Shown here: positions 21,995 through 32,800 of the stretch, one piece after another
Layout: every line of letters starts with the position of its first letter
How positions within the stretch are numbered: the stretch's first letter is position 1
Assembly: GCA_002811645.1 (NCBI GenBank)
Contig: PDIP01000001.1
Coordinates: forward strand, 289,403-353,402
Reading direction: 5' to 3'
Length of the DNA: 64,000 nucleotides
Origin: Corallochytrium limacisporum Hawaii
Lineage: Eukaryota; Protista; Pluriformea
Notes under the pieces: generated by a model
Database searches by the model: none
Seen by the model: only the letters and a program-made list of their open reading frames with translations
What the model was told of the DNA's origin: nothing
Translations under genes and position numbers: made by a program

Positions 21995-24379
21995 ATGGCT
22001 GATAAAGAATTAATGTTTAGCACTCTGGATGACGACGCTGATGTCGACATTGTTTCCGAAGCGGAAACCGACGATGGTTATGAAAATAAGCACGGCGTCA
22101 CGAACGACACATCCAGTAAAGCAAAGAGCAAATCACTAAAGAAACAGAGAGCCAAAGTGGTAAGGGAGCTTGCAGACAAGGCCGTCAAGGCGCGCGAAGT
22201 GTTGAACACAAACTTTGAGTTCTCTATGCAGGCACCACAGGTGAAATCGACTTTCCTTTTCGGTGGCTACGGTGGCACGGGAGCTGAGCGGCGAGCCCCT
22301 GTTGATGATAACGCTGTGGACGTGGAATTCAGTGGATCGAGCGATGGAGAGGAGGATGACAATGATAACGAAGGAGGATGGCTTCAAAACGAAGGGGAAG
22401 AGAATGAAAACGAAGACGAGGAAGATATGGAAACGGATAGTGCGGACGAAGATGATGAGGACGACGAGGCAGACATTGTCAAGCCTTCCCGGCGTGCCAA
22501 CACTGTTGGAGTGGAGTCTACTGGAGACAACAGTGATGATGATGACGATGAAGAATTTGATGAAGCAAAGGAAGCGGCCAAGCGTGCCTTCTTTGACACC
22601 ATTGATGACACCAAGAATGCTACCCTGGCTTCATCCTTTAAGGATCTTCATCTCTCTCGTCCCATCCTCAAAGCTTGCGACAAAATGAAATTGAAGGTAC
22701 CCACTCCTGTGCAGAGTGCGTGCGTGCCCGTCGCTTTACAGGGCCGGGATATCTGCGCCTGTGCAGAAACTGGCAGTGGTAAAACTGCAGCGTATCTACT
22801 GCCCATCTTGGAGCGTCTTCTCTTCAGACAGAAGCAGGAGCCAGCCACGCGGTGTTTGGTGGTCTGTCCGACTCGAGAATTGGCAGTGCAGGTGCATGAG
22901 GCTGTGGTCAAGTTCACCGAATTCACAGATGTCACGTCCTGTCTTGTGGTAGGTGGTACCAGTGAACAGCAGCAGGCTGCGGTCCTACGTCAGTACCCCG
23001 ACCTTGTAGTGGCCACACCGGGTCGGCTAATTGACCACGTCATGAACACGCCTGGCTTCCACCTAGAAGCTTTGGAATGTCTAATCTTTGATGAGGCCGA
23101 CCGTCTGTTAGAATTAGGATTCAAGGACGAGGTTGACGAGATCGTCAAGTACTGCGGACGCAATCATCAAACCATGCTCTTCAGTGCGACCATGACTGAT
23201 GAGGTGGACGACCTGATCAATTTGAGCCTACAGAATCCTGTTCGCCTGTTTATCAATCGCAATCGGGAGGTTGCCGTAAATGTTGTACAGGAGTTTGTGC
23301 GCATAAAGCAAACACGCGAGGCAGATAGAGAAGCTATTCTCCTGGCTCTTCTACGCCGATCCTTCCGGAACAAACCCGCCATTGTATTCTTCCGAACCAA
23401 GAAGCAGGCTCAGCGCATGCGCTTGCTCTGCAAATTGCTTGGCCTGCGCGCCGCCGAACTGCACGGCAGCCTGAGCCAGAATCAGCGCCTGGAGAATCTG
23501 CGCCAGTTCAAGGAGAATGAAGTGAATGTATTGATTGCTACCGATCTCGCAGCCCGTGGTCTAGACATTGAAGGAATCGAGGTCGTGTTGAATGCGTCCA
23601 TGCCACCAAAGGCACAGCAGTATATTCACCGTGTCGGTCGCACGGGCCGTGCTGGTCGGCGAGGTCTGAGTGTGACGTTGGTGGGAGAGAGTGATCGGAA
23701 AGTGTTGAAGACCGTGCTAAGGCGAAAGAGTGTGGCAGGAAAGACAGGCAAGGTCCAGGCGCGTTCCCGCACCGTGCCCCAATCCGTTATTGACAAGTAC
23801 TGTGCCAAGATTGCAAGTCTGGAGCCCAAGATTGTGGCAGCACAGGAGAAGGAACGGGAAGAAAGCCTCCTGGTCAAGACGGAGATGGAACTGCGAAAAG
23901 CAGAGAACCTTCTGGTACATGGCGATGAAATCCGCAGCCGTCCGAAGAAGGAATGGTTCCAAACGAGCAAAGAGAAGGCCGCAGCCCACAAGGCGGACTT
24001 GGCTGCCAATGCCGGGGCGGCTCTGGCCATACGGAAAGATGCGAAAGCACAGAAACGTGGTCAGCCAAAGTTGGCCCCGGAGGAGGCCAAGGCCTTACGT
24101 ACGGCTAAGGCCAGTGCTCGTAAAGAGAAACGGTCCAAACGCCAGGGCCGCATCCATGGTCTTGACGAGAGTAAGCCCATTACTGGTATTGACTTCGCAA
24201 TGCGCCGTACGACGGGTAGCGGCGGAAGGGCCAACGGTGTCAGTGGGCCCGGAGGCAAGAAGCGTCAGGTGGAGGGATTCCTGAAAGAAGTAGAGAAACT
24301 GGGCAGTACCAAGCGCAAGAAGCCGAAAGGCAAGGGTGCGCAATCGTTCAAGTCACGGAAGAAGCATAAACGCCGTTAA
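21995..24379 (+). CDS. DRS1: DEAD-box RNA helicase DRS1/DDX27
   Basis: PTPVQ, AETGSGKT, PTRELA, TPGRL, DEAD, SAT, ARGLD, HRVGRTGRAG; acidic N-terminus; DDX27-type QEFVRI and RPKKEWFQT. Confidence 0.93.
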   Translation: MADKELMFSTLDDDADVDIVSEAETDDGYENKHGVTNDTSSKAKSKSLKKQRAKVVRELADKAVKAREVLNTNFEFSMQAPQVKSTFLFGGYGGTGAERRAPVDDNAVDVEFSGSSDGEEDDNDNEGGWLQNEGEENENEDEEDMETDSADEDDEDDEADIVKPSRRANTVGVESTGDNSDDDDDEEFDEAKEAAKRAFFDTIDDTKNATLASSFKDLHLSRPILKACDKMKLKVPTPVQSACVPVALQGRDICACAETGSGKTAAYLLPILERLLFRQKQEPATRCLVVCPTRELAVQVHEAVVKFTEFTDVTSCLVVGGTSEQQQAAVLRQYPDLVVATPGRLIDHVMNTPGFHLEALECLIFDEADRLLELGFKDEVDEIVKYCGRNHQTMLFSATMTDEVDDLINLSLQNPVRLFINRNREVAVNVVQEFVRIKQTREADREAILLALLRRSFRNKPAIVFFRTKKQAQRMRLLCKLLGLRAAELHGSLSQNQRLENLRQFKENEVNVLIATDLAARGLDIEGIEVVLNASMPPKAQQYIHRVGRTGRAGRRGLSVTLVGESDRKVLKTVLRRKSVAGKTGKVQARSRTVPQSVIDKYCAKIASLEPKIVAAQEKEREESLLVKTEMELRKAENLLVHGDEIRSRPKKEWFQTSKEKAAAHKADLAANAGAALAIRKDAKAQKRGQPKLAPEEAKALRTAKASARKEKRSKRQGRIHGLDESKPITGIDFAMRRTTGSGGRANGVSGPGGKKRQVEGFLKEVEKLGSTKRKKPKGKGAQSFKSRKKHKRR

Positions 24380-24569
24380 TGTCTTGGGACCGCTCACTGA
24401 TAGCTAAATGAAGGACTATTGAGCAGACGTACATCTGGTAAGCAGATTTGGAGTTGAGTATAATCAAACAAAAGATTCTAAGACTTGTTCGTGCCTGTGT
24501 GCATTTTGCTGTTGATTTTCTAACTAGTGTTGCTAAAGATCATCAAAGAGTTGATGTACAAGTAAAATT

Positions 24570-27500
24570 TCAAAAGTTGACAGATCCGTTGCCCACCTGC
24601 TCGGTCTGTTTGTTCAGATTTCGGAAGAAACTGACGTCAATGTTCACTTTCTTACGCTCACCGACGGGCTCGGCCCTAAAGCAGAGTTGCCTGAAACGTT
24701 CCACTTCCTCGTCTAGATCAGTGAATTCATCCTCAGTATTGGCGTTGGCCTCCAGCATGGCGGCTAGACCGTTTGGAAACTTTTGCGCCAGGGTCTCTTG
24801 TTGCGCTGCAAACTGATTGTGGGGATCATCATTGTCAGTGCAACGGTTGCCATTGGACCTAACAATGTCTTCACGTGCGCCATCATCATTGACTGTAGGA
24901 GTAAAAGTGCCACCGTTTCGTTCGTCCTTCTTGAAAGTCGTATTCGTTGTGGATAACCGCTCATCTTTCAGTCTCTGCTTTTGCGTCTGATCGCACAGGG
25001 CTTGTTCCAGAGCAGCAGCATTCTGGCTGCCTGAGACGGCATTCGAATCCACAACAGACGTATTGCCACGACCGAAATCCTTGGTTGTCGTGGCAGAGGG
25101 ATTCTTCTTCTTTTTCTTCTTTTTCTTGTTCTTCTTCTTGCCGCCTTCGATGAAATTCAACAGATCATCGACGTCCCTCTGATCCTCCAGCGGGGGTGCG
25201 GCGCCCGTGGCCCCGGCGCTGGTATCCGGAGGAAGTTCGTGTGTGGCGTTGCAATGGTCAGCCCTGCCATGTCCGAATACGCCGTCCATACCAAGTTGAC
25301 ACACATCCGCCACGGTACCGCCGTCCATGAACTGACGACTATGCAGACGGGCGCGCAGCTTCTCCCGCAGGCGGTCTCTGCGTGCGGCATAGTTATGACT
25401 TTTGCTCCCCCCGAGCATTTCACAGTACACGCATTTGCACGGTTTGACGTGCTGAATGCATTCTGGACAGTCGCACGGGTACTCGTCTTCGCCAATGGAG
25501 TCCTCGTAGTGGTCACCACCACAGCTGCAGTTCTCATCGCTGCAGTATTCTTGGCTGTACATGTCACCGTTATGCCTGTGGCCATTGCAATGTTCGTGGT
25601 GGCCGTGGTGTCCGGCGTCATCATTGTGACAGTAGCAATCGCAGTCGTCTCCGTTGTGATGATCATGGATACATCCGCAGTCCTCTTCGTCCGGCTCCGA
25701 TTCGTGGCATCCGAAGTTTGTGTCAGATGGGTGATGGTGATGATGGCTATGGTGATGATAGTAGGCGTCACTGGTGGAACCCATATCTTGAAGGGATTGA
25801 TCTGGGTGGTGTTGCTGAGCGATTTTGGCGCTACCAGCATCAGCGTCTCCATTTAGCGCAAACCGTAGTTCCCCGTGAGGTGCTCCTACCCTAAAAAGAT
25901 TGGGCGGCATATGATTGACAGCGGACTGCCGCTTCTCTTGCAGCTTGATCATTACTTCCTTCAGCAGATTTCCGATAGTCTCGAGCGTTTCCTTGCTCGC
26001 TTGACTGCGTCCATCGTCGAGAGAGTGCTTGAGTTTGACAATTTTGTTCCACGCCTGGGGCATGACTTCCTCACCGTCGTCAATGCTGGCCTTGATGCCC
26101 TCAAGCGTTCTCATAAGTTCGTAAGCTGATGTAGAGTGGGCGTCAGTGTCCGCCAGATGAACGTCATTCCCCGTCATTCCATCGGAAACTGACTCCGAAT
26201 GCACCGATGGCATCATCGGTGCAGCAGTAGACAGAGATATAGATTCACCCTTCACCTGACCAAAGGATAGCATCGATGGTGGAATTTTCTTCATCTCACA
26301 GTCAGCATCAGTGGCAGGCGTGCCGCTCCTGGGGCCCTCAAGTAGACTGCGAATCTGCACCAGTCGCTCTTGCAGTTGATTCATGTCATGCGTGAGCATG
26401 CAATAGTGCTTACGGATTTCCTCATTCTTGTTCGCTGCGGACTGCAGGAATGAAAGCATCATCTCCACGTCCGGGTCCATGAGAATGATCTCAATGAACA
26501 TACACCGTCCAATATCAGCACAACTAAGCCGGTATTGCTTAAGATACTCCGCCTCTAGTTCTCCGAAGATTGAGGAAAACCGGTCATTGACATCGCCCAA
26601 TGCGTAAAAGTGCTTCAGTAATGTCAGAACAAAGACTTCCATGATATCTGGCACTCTTCTCAGATCAGGCATAGTGTCATCCTGTGCCACTTCCTTCCCC
26701 TCTTCCTCTGAATAGTCCCGATCCGTGGCGTAAATAATTCGGAGATACGTGTCAATGGACCGCTGCCGATCCTGCCAGCGTCTCACCTCGGTTGAGTATT
26801 GTATCCACTCTAGCTCTAATTGGTCGTCATCAGGTCCCATGGCTCGTTCGACCGCTTCTGGCGATTCTCGTACCCACTTGATGCCAAGTTCCTGAGTCAG
26901 TGCGATAGCATTCGGACTCAACATATCTGTGGCCTTGGCCAGACTGCCGCCTACCTCACCGACAAACCTCTTATAGAAAGACAAGTTCTCTGACATAATG
27001 GGTTTCCGCATACCAATCATTTTCTCCACTATTTTAACTAATTCATCACGGATCTGCCAGTTGCAGACCTTGGCCACGTTGACCAAGGCCTGGAACACTT
27101 TCTCCGGGTAGGTCTTACACAGCTGATCCGCAATGTCCTTGACCTGCGATACCAAGTTCTGAAACCACGGTCGCTGGTACAGATCTGGCTGATAGAGGCC
27201 GTGCATAAAGATCTCTAGCCGTGGCGCAAATTCATCCTCAGTTTCTCTGTCCAAATGGCCCATTTCGCGCCCAATATATTCCCACCAGGCCAACATGGCG
27301 GCTTCATCCTCTGCTTCCACTCGGGAAGTCAAGCTGGAATGTGCGTGTTCCTGACCCGCCAATGTCGATGCGGGTCCACCTTCTTGATCTAAATGACTAC
27401 CGGTACCAGCCGGCGTCTGCGTTGTAGTCCGTAGCTGTGCTGTTGATCTGTCGTGCGACACACGAGAGTGTTGGAATGTGTACGGATGCTGCTGATCATA

Positions 27501-28040
27501 GAGACTTAGTTCCTCTCCGTACGATCCGCGCAGCTCTTCATTGTATTCTTGCATTAGTGGATGAACATATCCGTAGCATGTGTAGCAAAAGCCCGCCTTG
27601 TCATAATACATGTATCCGAACCGACACATGCACAATTCCTCCTTCTTGCCTAATTGTGAGAGCTTTGCTAGAAACCCGCAGTCGTCACACTGCCAGTACA
27701 TCGAACCATCGTAAGTAATTGGTCTGTGAACCCTGACATCTTCAGAGCAGTTCGGAGACTTACATATAAACCAGAATCCCTTCGTCTGTGCCTGGTTCCG
27801 CCTGCAGCGCACAATACTATCAAGAGCTTTACCCTCTGCTTCTGTTAATGCCACGCACCATCGTGCAAATTCCACATCACTGCAAATGTCGTCCAAGTCT
27901 ATCGAATTGGTTGGGATGTGGCTTACATTGTTGCCTGTACTTCCCAGTACCATCTGTGGTGCCGCATGGTCTGCAGTAGCCGCGGTTTTCTTCGGCTTGT
28001 GTGCGGGCCGTCCAGTCTTTGACTTTCGGGCACGTCCCAT
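24570..28040 (-). CDS. FAM193: FAM193-like protein
   Basis: PCKCVYCEMLG...NYAARRDRLREKLRARL, DVDDLLNFI followed by poly-K, and terminal DLDEEVERFRQLC...RKKVNID correspond in order to conserved FAM193A/B blocks (CxCCYCEFFG..NYAEMREKLRLRL; DVDDLLQFI; DREVEYFKRFC). Confidence 0.75.
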   Translation of the reverse strand: MGRARKSKTGRPAHKPKKTAATADHAAPQMVLGSTGNNVSHIPTNSIDLDDICSDVEFARWCVALTEAEGKALDSIVRCRRNQAQTKGFWFICKSPNCSEDVRVHRPITYDGSMYWQCDDCGFLAKLSQLGKKEELCMCRFGYMYYDKAGFCYTCYGYVHPLMQEYNEELRGSYGEELSLYDQQHPYTFQHSRVSHDRSTAQLRTTTQTPAGTGSHLDQEGGPASTLAGQEHAHSSLTSRVEAEDEAAMLAWWEYIGREMGHLDRETEDEFAPRLEIFMHGLYQPDLYQRPWFQNLVSQVKDIADQLCKTYPEKVFQALVNVAKVCNWQIRDELVKIVEKMIGMRKPIMSENLSFYKRFVGEVGGSLAKATDMLSPNAIALTQELGIKWVRESPEAVERAMGPDDDQLELEWIQYSTEVRRWQDRQRSIDTYLRIIYATDRDYSEEEGKEVAQDDTMPDLRRVPDIMEVFVLTLLKHFYALGDVNDRFSSIFGELEAEYLKQYRLSCADIGRCMFIEIILMDPDVEMMLSFLQSAANKNEEIRKHYCMLTHDMNQLQERLVQIRSLLEGPRSGTPATDADCEMKKIPPSMLSFGQVKGESISLSTAAPMMPSVHSESVSDGMTGNDVHLADTDAHSTSAYELMRTLEGIKASIDDGEEVMPQAWNKIVKLKHSLDDGRSQASKETLETIGNLLKEVMIKLQEKRQSAVNHMPPNLFRVGAPHGELRFALNGDADAGSAKIAQQHHPDQSLQDMGSTSDAYYHHHSHHHHHPSDTNFGCHESEPDEEDCGCIHDHHNGDDCDCYCHNDDAGHHGHHEHCNGHRHNGDMYSQEYCSDENCSCGGDHYEDSIGEDEYPCDCPECIQHVKPCKCVYCEMLGGSKSHNYAARRDRLREKLRARLHSRQFMDGGTVADVCQLGMDGVFGHGRADHCNATHELPPDTSAGATGAAPPLEDQRDVDDLLNFIEGGKKKNKKKKKKKKNPSATTTKDFGRGNTSVVDSNAVSGSQNAAALEQALCDQTQKQRLKDERLSTTNTTFKKDERNGGTFTPTVNDDGAREDIVRSNGNRCTDNDDPHNQFAAQQETLAQKFPNGLAAMLEANANTEDEFTDLDEEVERFRQLCFRAEPVGERKKVNIDVSFFRNLNKQTEQVGNGSVNF

Positions 28041-28693
28041 GATTGCGACACAGCTTGTCTTTCCTTCAGAAGAGACGTTTACTACTGATCCTACAGTTTG
28101 GCCATGTCTGTGTAATTTGAGCAGAGTTCGAAGTGTTCGAACTTCCCCGGCCCATCACTTTCTAAATTGTGCTATGCAAGTGGTAGAATTAATATTAGTA
28201 CACTCCAGAATAAAGCAGGTGTGTTATCGCTAACTTTCTCAAATATCCCCTTAGAGTGATCAGATAATGATTGTAATCATGCTATTATAACCAAGGCCTG
28301 CCAGTAACGTTACTGGCGGTTGGGAATGTGTCCAAAAGGATAGCAGACTTGCGCCATGCTGCACTGGCCCACATCAGCAGATTCTCATCCTTCGAAGCGG
28401 GAGGGAGGCCTTTAATGCGGCGGGTGGGGGGGCCAAGGGATGGAAAAATTGGCCAGTGGGAACATACTGGCTAATACAAACCTCGGTGGAAACCGAACCC
28501 GCCCCAGCTTTCTCCCCTTTCCGTCTCTTTTCCGGCACCGTTTCAGGTCCCTGCTGCTAACCCGTCCCCGCGTGACTCCATTCAAGAATCCCTCCCTACC
28601 CTGCTGTTGCTGACCTCACGAGCTGACTAGCGCTTCCCGTTGATCCTCTCACATCCAACAGGGCTAAAGTAATGATTTGCACTATGCTCTGGA

Positions 28694-28795
28694 ATGACAT
28701 TGATCATGCTTGTGCTTGCGCTTGGGTTGTTCTTTGCTGTGATAGACCAGTGCCACCGGTGGTACTGTAAAGCAGAAAGAGAAGGCGCTGATTAG
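28694..28795 (+). CDS. Candidate 33-aa hydrophobic microprotein (MTLIMLVLALGLFFAVIDQCHRWYCKAEREGAD)
   Basis: ATG 28694 to TAG 28795; 17-residue hydrophobic N-terminus; below the ORF-track cutoff; overlaps a predicted RNA hairpin. Confidence 0.3.
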   Translation: MTLIMLVLALGLFFAVIDQCHRWYCKAEREGAD

Positions 28796-29113
28796 ATGCC
28801 CATTCCATTGGTGGCGAAGGATTTTGAACAATTCGGCGAGGTTTGCCTACATTGTTGTGGCTGACTGAATTCCGGACACGGTCAGATAGAGAATTACACT
28901 ACCAAAGGAATCTTCGGCATCGTCAGCCTGTAGATCATGGTCATCCAAAGCAGGTTCCGTGGTGCCTTCCAAGTCGACCTGTGTCCGGTGGGTGGCTGAG
29001 TCGTGACTTGCGCAATACCTTAAACTTATATCGGGCTTCCGGGCGGGTGAAGGATTGTATGGCGCTAAAAAGCCAAGGCATTTTAAATATCCGGAATATC
29101 TTGATAACAAAAC
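28716..29113 (+). ncRNA. Candidate structured non-coding RNA (several long imperfect hairpins, 3' ACA), family unassigned
   Basis: Stems such as ccggacacggtc/gacctgtgtccgg, ggaatct/aggttcc, ttccgg/ccggaa, tatcggg/cttgata and cagtgccacc/ggtggtactg; several need G-U pairs on the + strand; followed by an AT-rich terminator-like tract. Confidence 0.4.
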
Positions 29114-29825
29114 GGTCTTTCTAAATATTTATATATTCTAATAAATTTAAAGTTATATATATATATACTGATAGTTTATAAATCAAATTTCACGCACTTC
29201 AACGTGAAAATCAGCAGGGGGAGTAAGCGGATTGGGGCCTAGGTGGCGAGTGCGGTACACGGCCACTCGACTGCTGCGAGGCACCAGGGAACGACCGACC
29301 ACACGGGTGACCCCCGGCTACCAGAGCGGACATTCGAAGGGGCACTCTCACAGAAACAGAGCCAAAACATCGGAGCCGAAGGGCGGGCCAGAATCGGTTC
29401 GAGGGGAGGCAGCAAGAAGAGACTGAACTGACGGAGAGAGAAGGGCGGCCAGCCAGTCATGAGGGGCGGCCTCGAGCGACGAAGACCTTGGAACCGCTTC
29501 TTCACCGACAAACTGAACTTTGAACACCAAAAAGTCCAACTTATTTCTCAGTTGCACACGGCTAAATGTGTTTTCCAGTACCGTCCCATTTAGCAGCTAT
29601 GTCAAATTTGAATGCTCAGAGACTTGGTAATTATCGGTTCGCAAAAGTTTTATGCGTGTACGACTTTAAAGAAGCACATATTGGAAAACCTTGAATGATG
29701 TGCGAGTTCGACAAATCGTGAAACCAACAGAATGAAATGACTTCGACAGTGTATTGGATGAAAGAGCTGGAAATCAGTTGTATTGGCAAGGCATAGACAT
29801 AACGACGTTAGAAAACAAAATTAAA

Positions 29826-32800
29826 ATGACATCAGTGCACACCGGGTACAATCCTCGTTCTGGTGGAAGTCAGCGCTATGGAGGCTCCACAGAGTCACAA
29901 ACAGTCCCCGAATCTGAAGGTGTGCTGGTGATTCGTAAAAACAATGGCGAAGTCATCGAAGTTCCGGTTGATTCGCTCCCCGCAGCCTATGAGACTACCG
30001 GTCTGCTTGAAATGGAACGGTGCTCTCTGCAGTACTGGAACAGGGCAGCTATTGCATACTACAGTGTAGATCGCGGCGAAGAAGCCATTGAAGTGCTGCA
30101 ACAAGCTGCACGGGCCACAAACGTACCTGCAGAAAAGAGCGACCGAGCACGTGTACACACACTCATGGGCATTGTACAGTTGGAGCGGGCCATGGATCTG
30201 GTCCTGGGACGGTCCAAGGACGGAGAGGGTCAATCAACTAAAAAGAGCAAAGAAGAGTATCTACAGGATGCAAACACAGAGTTCACTAAGGCCACGGCAA
30301 TTGATGCGGATGACGTCCAACTGACAGTGGCGCGCGGTGTCATGCAGCTGCTGCGGAGTAGTACAGCAGAGAATGACAAGGCCCAACAGACCTTCAGTTC
30401 TGCACTGCGCCAGAACCCTCGGTTGGTGCCGGCGCTATTGGGCCGTGCGGTCGTAAGGTTCCAGAAAAAGAATTATGAAGGCGCTTTGAATGACTATCGG
30501 TATGCTCTGCGCTCTGCCGGCAGCGATAAAGCTGTGGCTGACATTCGCGTCGGCGTTGGCATCTGTGCATTTCAGCTGGAGCGATACGGGCTTGCTGAAC
30601 GGGCATTTAATCGTGTTCTGGTCCTGGATGCCAACAATGTCTCTGCAAAACTGGGACTGGCCCTGATCCAAATGAACCGTAAGACTAATGAAGGGAACCA
30701 AGAGGGCGTCAAGATCCTGCGCAGCGCCTATGATGTCGAGCCGACCAATTCCTTGCTGTTGTGCCACCTTGCCAACCATTTCTTCTACCGTCGTGACTTC
30801 GGTAAAGCGCTGACTCTGGCTACTGTAGCTCAGACCCACGCTGAGAGTAACGAACGCCAGGGTGAGGCCTGCTACCAACAGGCGCGTGCTTACCATGCGC
30901 AAGGACAACTGGACAAAGCCCTACGCTTTTACTACCAGGCCGTGAAGATGAACGAGGATCACATGCTGGCCCGCTTTGGTCTGGCCCAAATGTTCATGCG
31001 CGAGGACAAGAAGGACGTCGCCAAGGCCATCGAACAGCTGCTCGCTATCCACCGCAAACAAGGGCCCACCTACGAAGTGACGAAGCTGCTCGGGTCCCTG
31101 TACGCCAGCACACATCCTCCACAGGTAGCCAAAGCCACTGAGTTCCTGAAGCAGGCTGTGGAGAAGACGCCGGAGGACCTTGAGTGCCTCATCGAGCTTG
31201 CAGCGGTGCAGGAGAACACGGATGCTAGGGAAGCCTTGAAGACATACGAGCTTATCATCAGAACGGTGGTGGAGAGCGGCTACGGAGTACCCCCAGTCTT
31301 CCACAATAATTCTGGGGTTATGCATTTCCGTCTGGAGCAGTATGAACAGGCTCTGAAGTCGTTCCGAGCAGCTCTTAAAGAGCTAGAGGAGCTGCAGGAG
31401 GACGCCGACGAGGCTGAAAATGCTACCGCAACGGACAATGTCGACGCCGCCGATGCAGAGGACCAAGCGGATAAGAAATACGCCGTAACGATTCGCTTCA
31501 ATATCGCGCGAGCATGTGAGGCCCTGCATCTGTGGGACGACGCTAAGAAGGCTTACGAGAGTCTGCTGGAGGATTTTCCTTCTTATGGTAGTGCCCAACT
31601 GCGCATGGGCTTCTGGCATCTGGAGCAAGGCGATAAGGACGCCGCACTCAAGGTCTTTGAAGAGATTGCCGCCAAGACCCAAAAGCGTAGCAGTCGTCTC
31701 AATGACACGACCCACGCCGATGCTGTGTGCATGCAGGGTAATATTTTACTACAACAGCAGCGCTGGACGGACGCCCAACAACGCTTTGACTCTGTCCGAA
31801 ATCGCGCCCGTGACGACGAGTATGCGAGTGTGCAACTTGGTAACATTTACCTCCGAAGTGCCAGCCTCAGCCCTGACCCCACGACCAAGGAAAAACGTCT
31901 TGCGCGTGCTTACCAGCTTTTCAGCGATGTTTTAAAGAAGCACAAGCGCAACATATTTGCAGCTAATGGTCTAGGCGTGATTATCGCCGAAAGCGGCGAA
32001 GACTACCTTAACGATGCCAAGAATGTCTTCATGACCATTAGGGAGGCCACCGGCGAGCAGGCTGATGTGTGGATCAACTTGGCCACAGTCTGTACGGAAT
32101 TGGGCAGCCACCAGCAGGCTGTAGCACTCTACACACGGACTCTGAAGCGATTCTTTGCCAATTCTCCCCAGAAAAGTCTACTGCTAATGATCGCGAGGGC
32201 GAACTATTTGATGAATTCATACAAGGACGCACTGCTCAGCCTGGAGCATGCTCAACATCTAGACCCTAATGACAAGGGCGTTGCAACCAACATTTGTCTG
32301 GTACAGCAGCAGATTGCACAGTCGATCCTCGAGCAGCAGACGCAGAGCGTGGAGGAGACGAATCAGGCACTGAAGGCCATCGAACTCTCTATTCGGTCTC
32401 TGAACACTCTTTTCAACTCTGTCCAGAAATTGGAGGAGACCCTGAAGAAAAATCCGAGCGAGGTCACAGGAAATCCCAGGGACACCAAACCGTTCGATGG
32501 AGCGAGCCGCCGCCGTTTTCTGGGTGTCGACTCCAAGCAGATTGGATCCCTGGCCAAGCGTGGCCACACTCTCTACGGTAGAGTTCGGAAGATGGTCGAG
32601 AGTGCTAAGCGCAACCAACAGCACGTTCAGGAGCTTGCGCGGCAGCAGGAAGAAAAGCGCCAAGAGCTCCTCGCGCGCAAGCAGCGCGAGAAGGAAGAAG
32701 AGGAAGCGCGCAAACGGGAAGTGGAGGCCAAACACGAAGAGATCCTCCGCAAGCTGGACGAGGAGGCAGAGGAATTGAAGGAGAAGGTCAAGTCCACGGC

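Noticed and set aside
28557-28563. CTAACCC as a telomerase RNA template for the structured locus
   Set aside because: Only 7 nt (one repeat plus 1 nt), shorter than known TTAGGG templates; no convincing pseudoknot triple helix, P6.1 or correctly placed H box. Kept only as a remote alternative.
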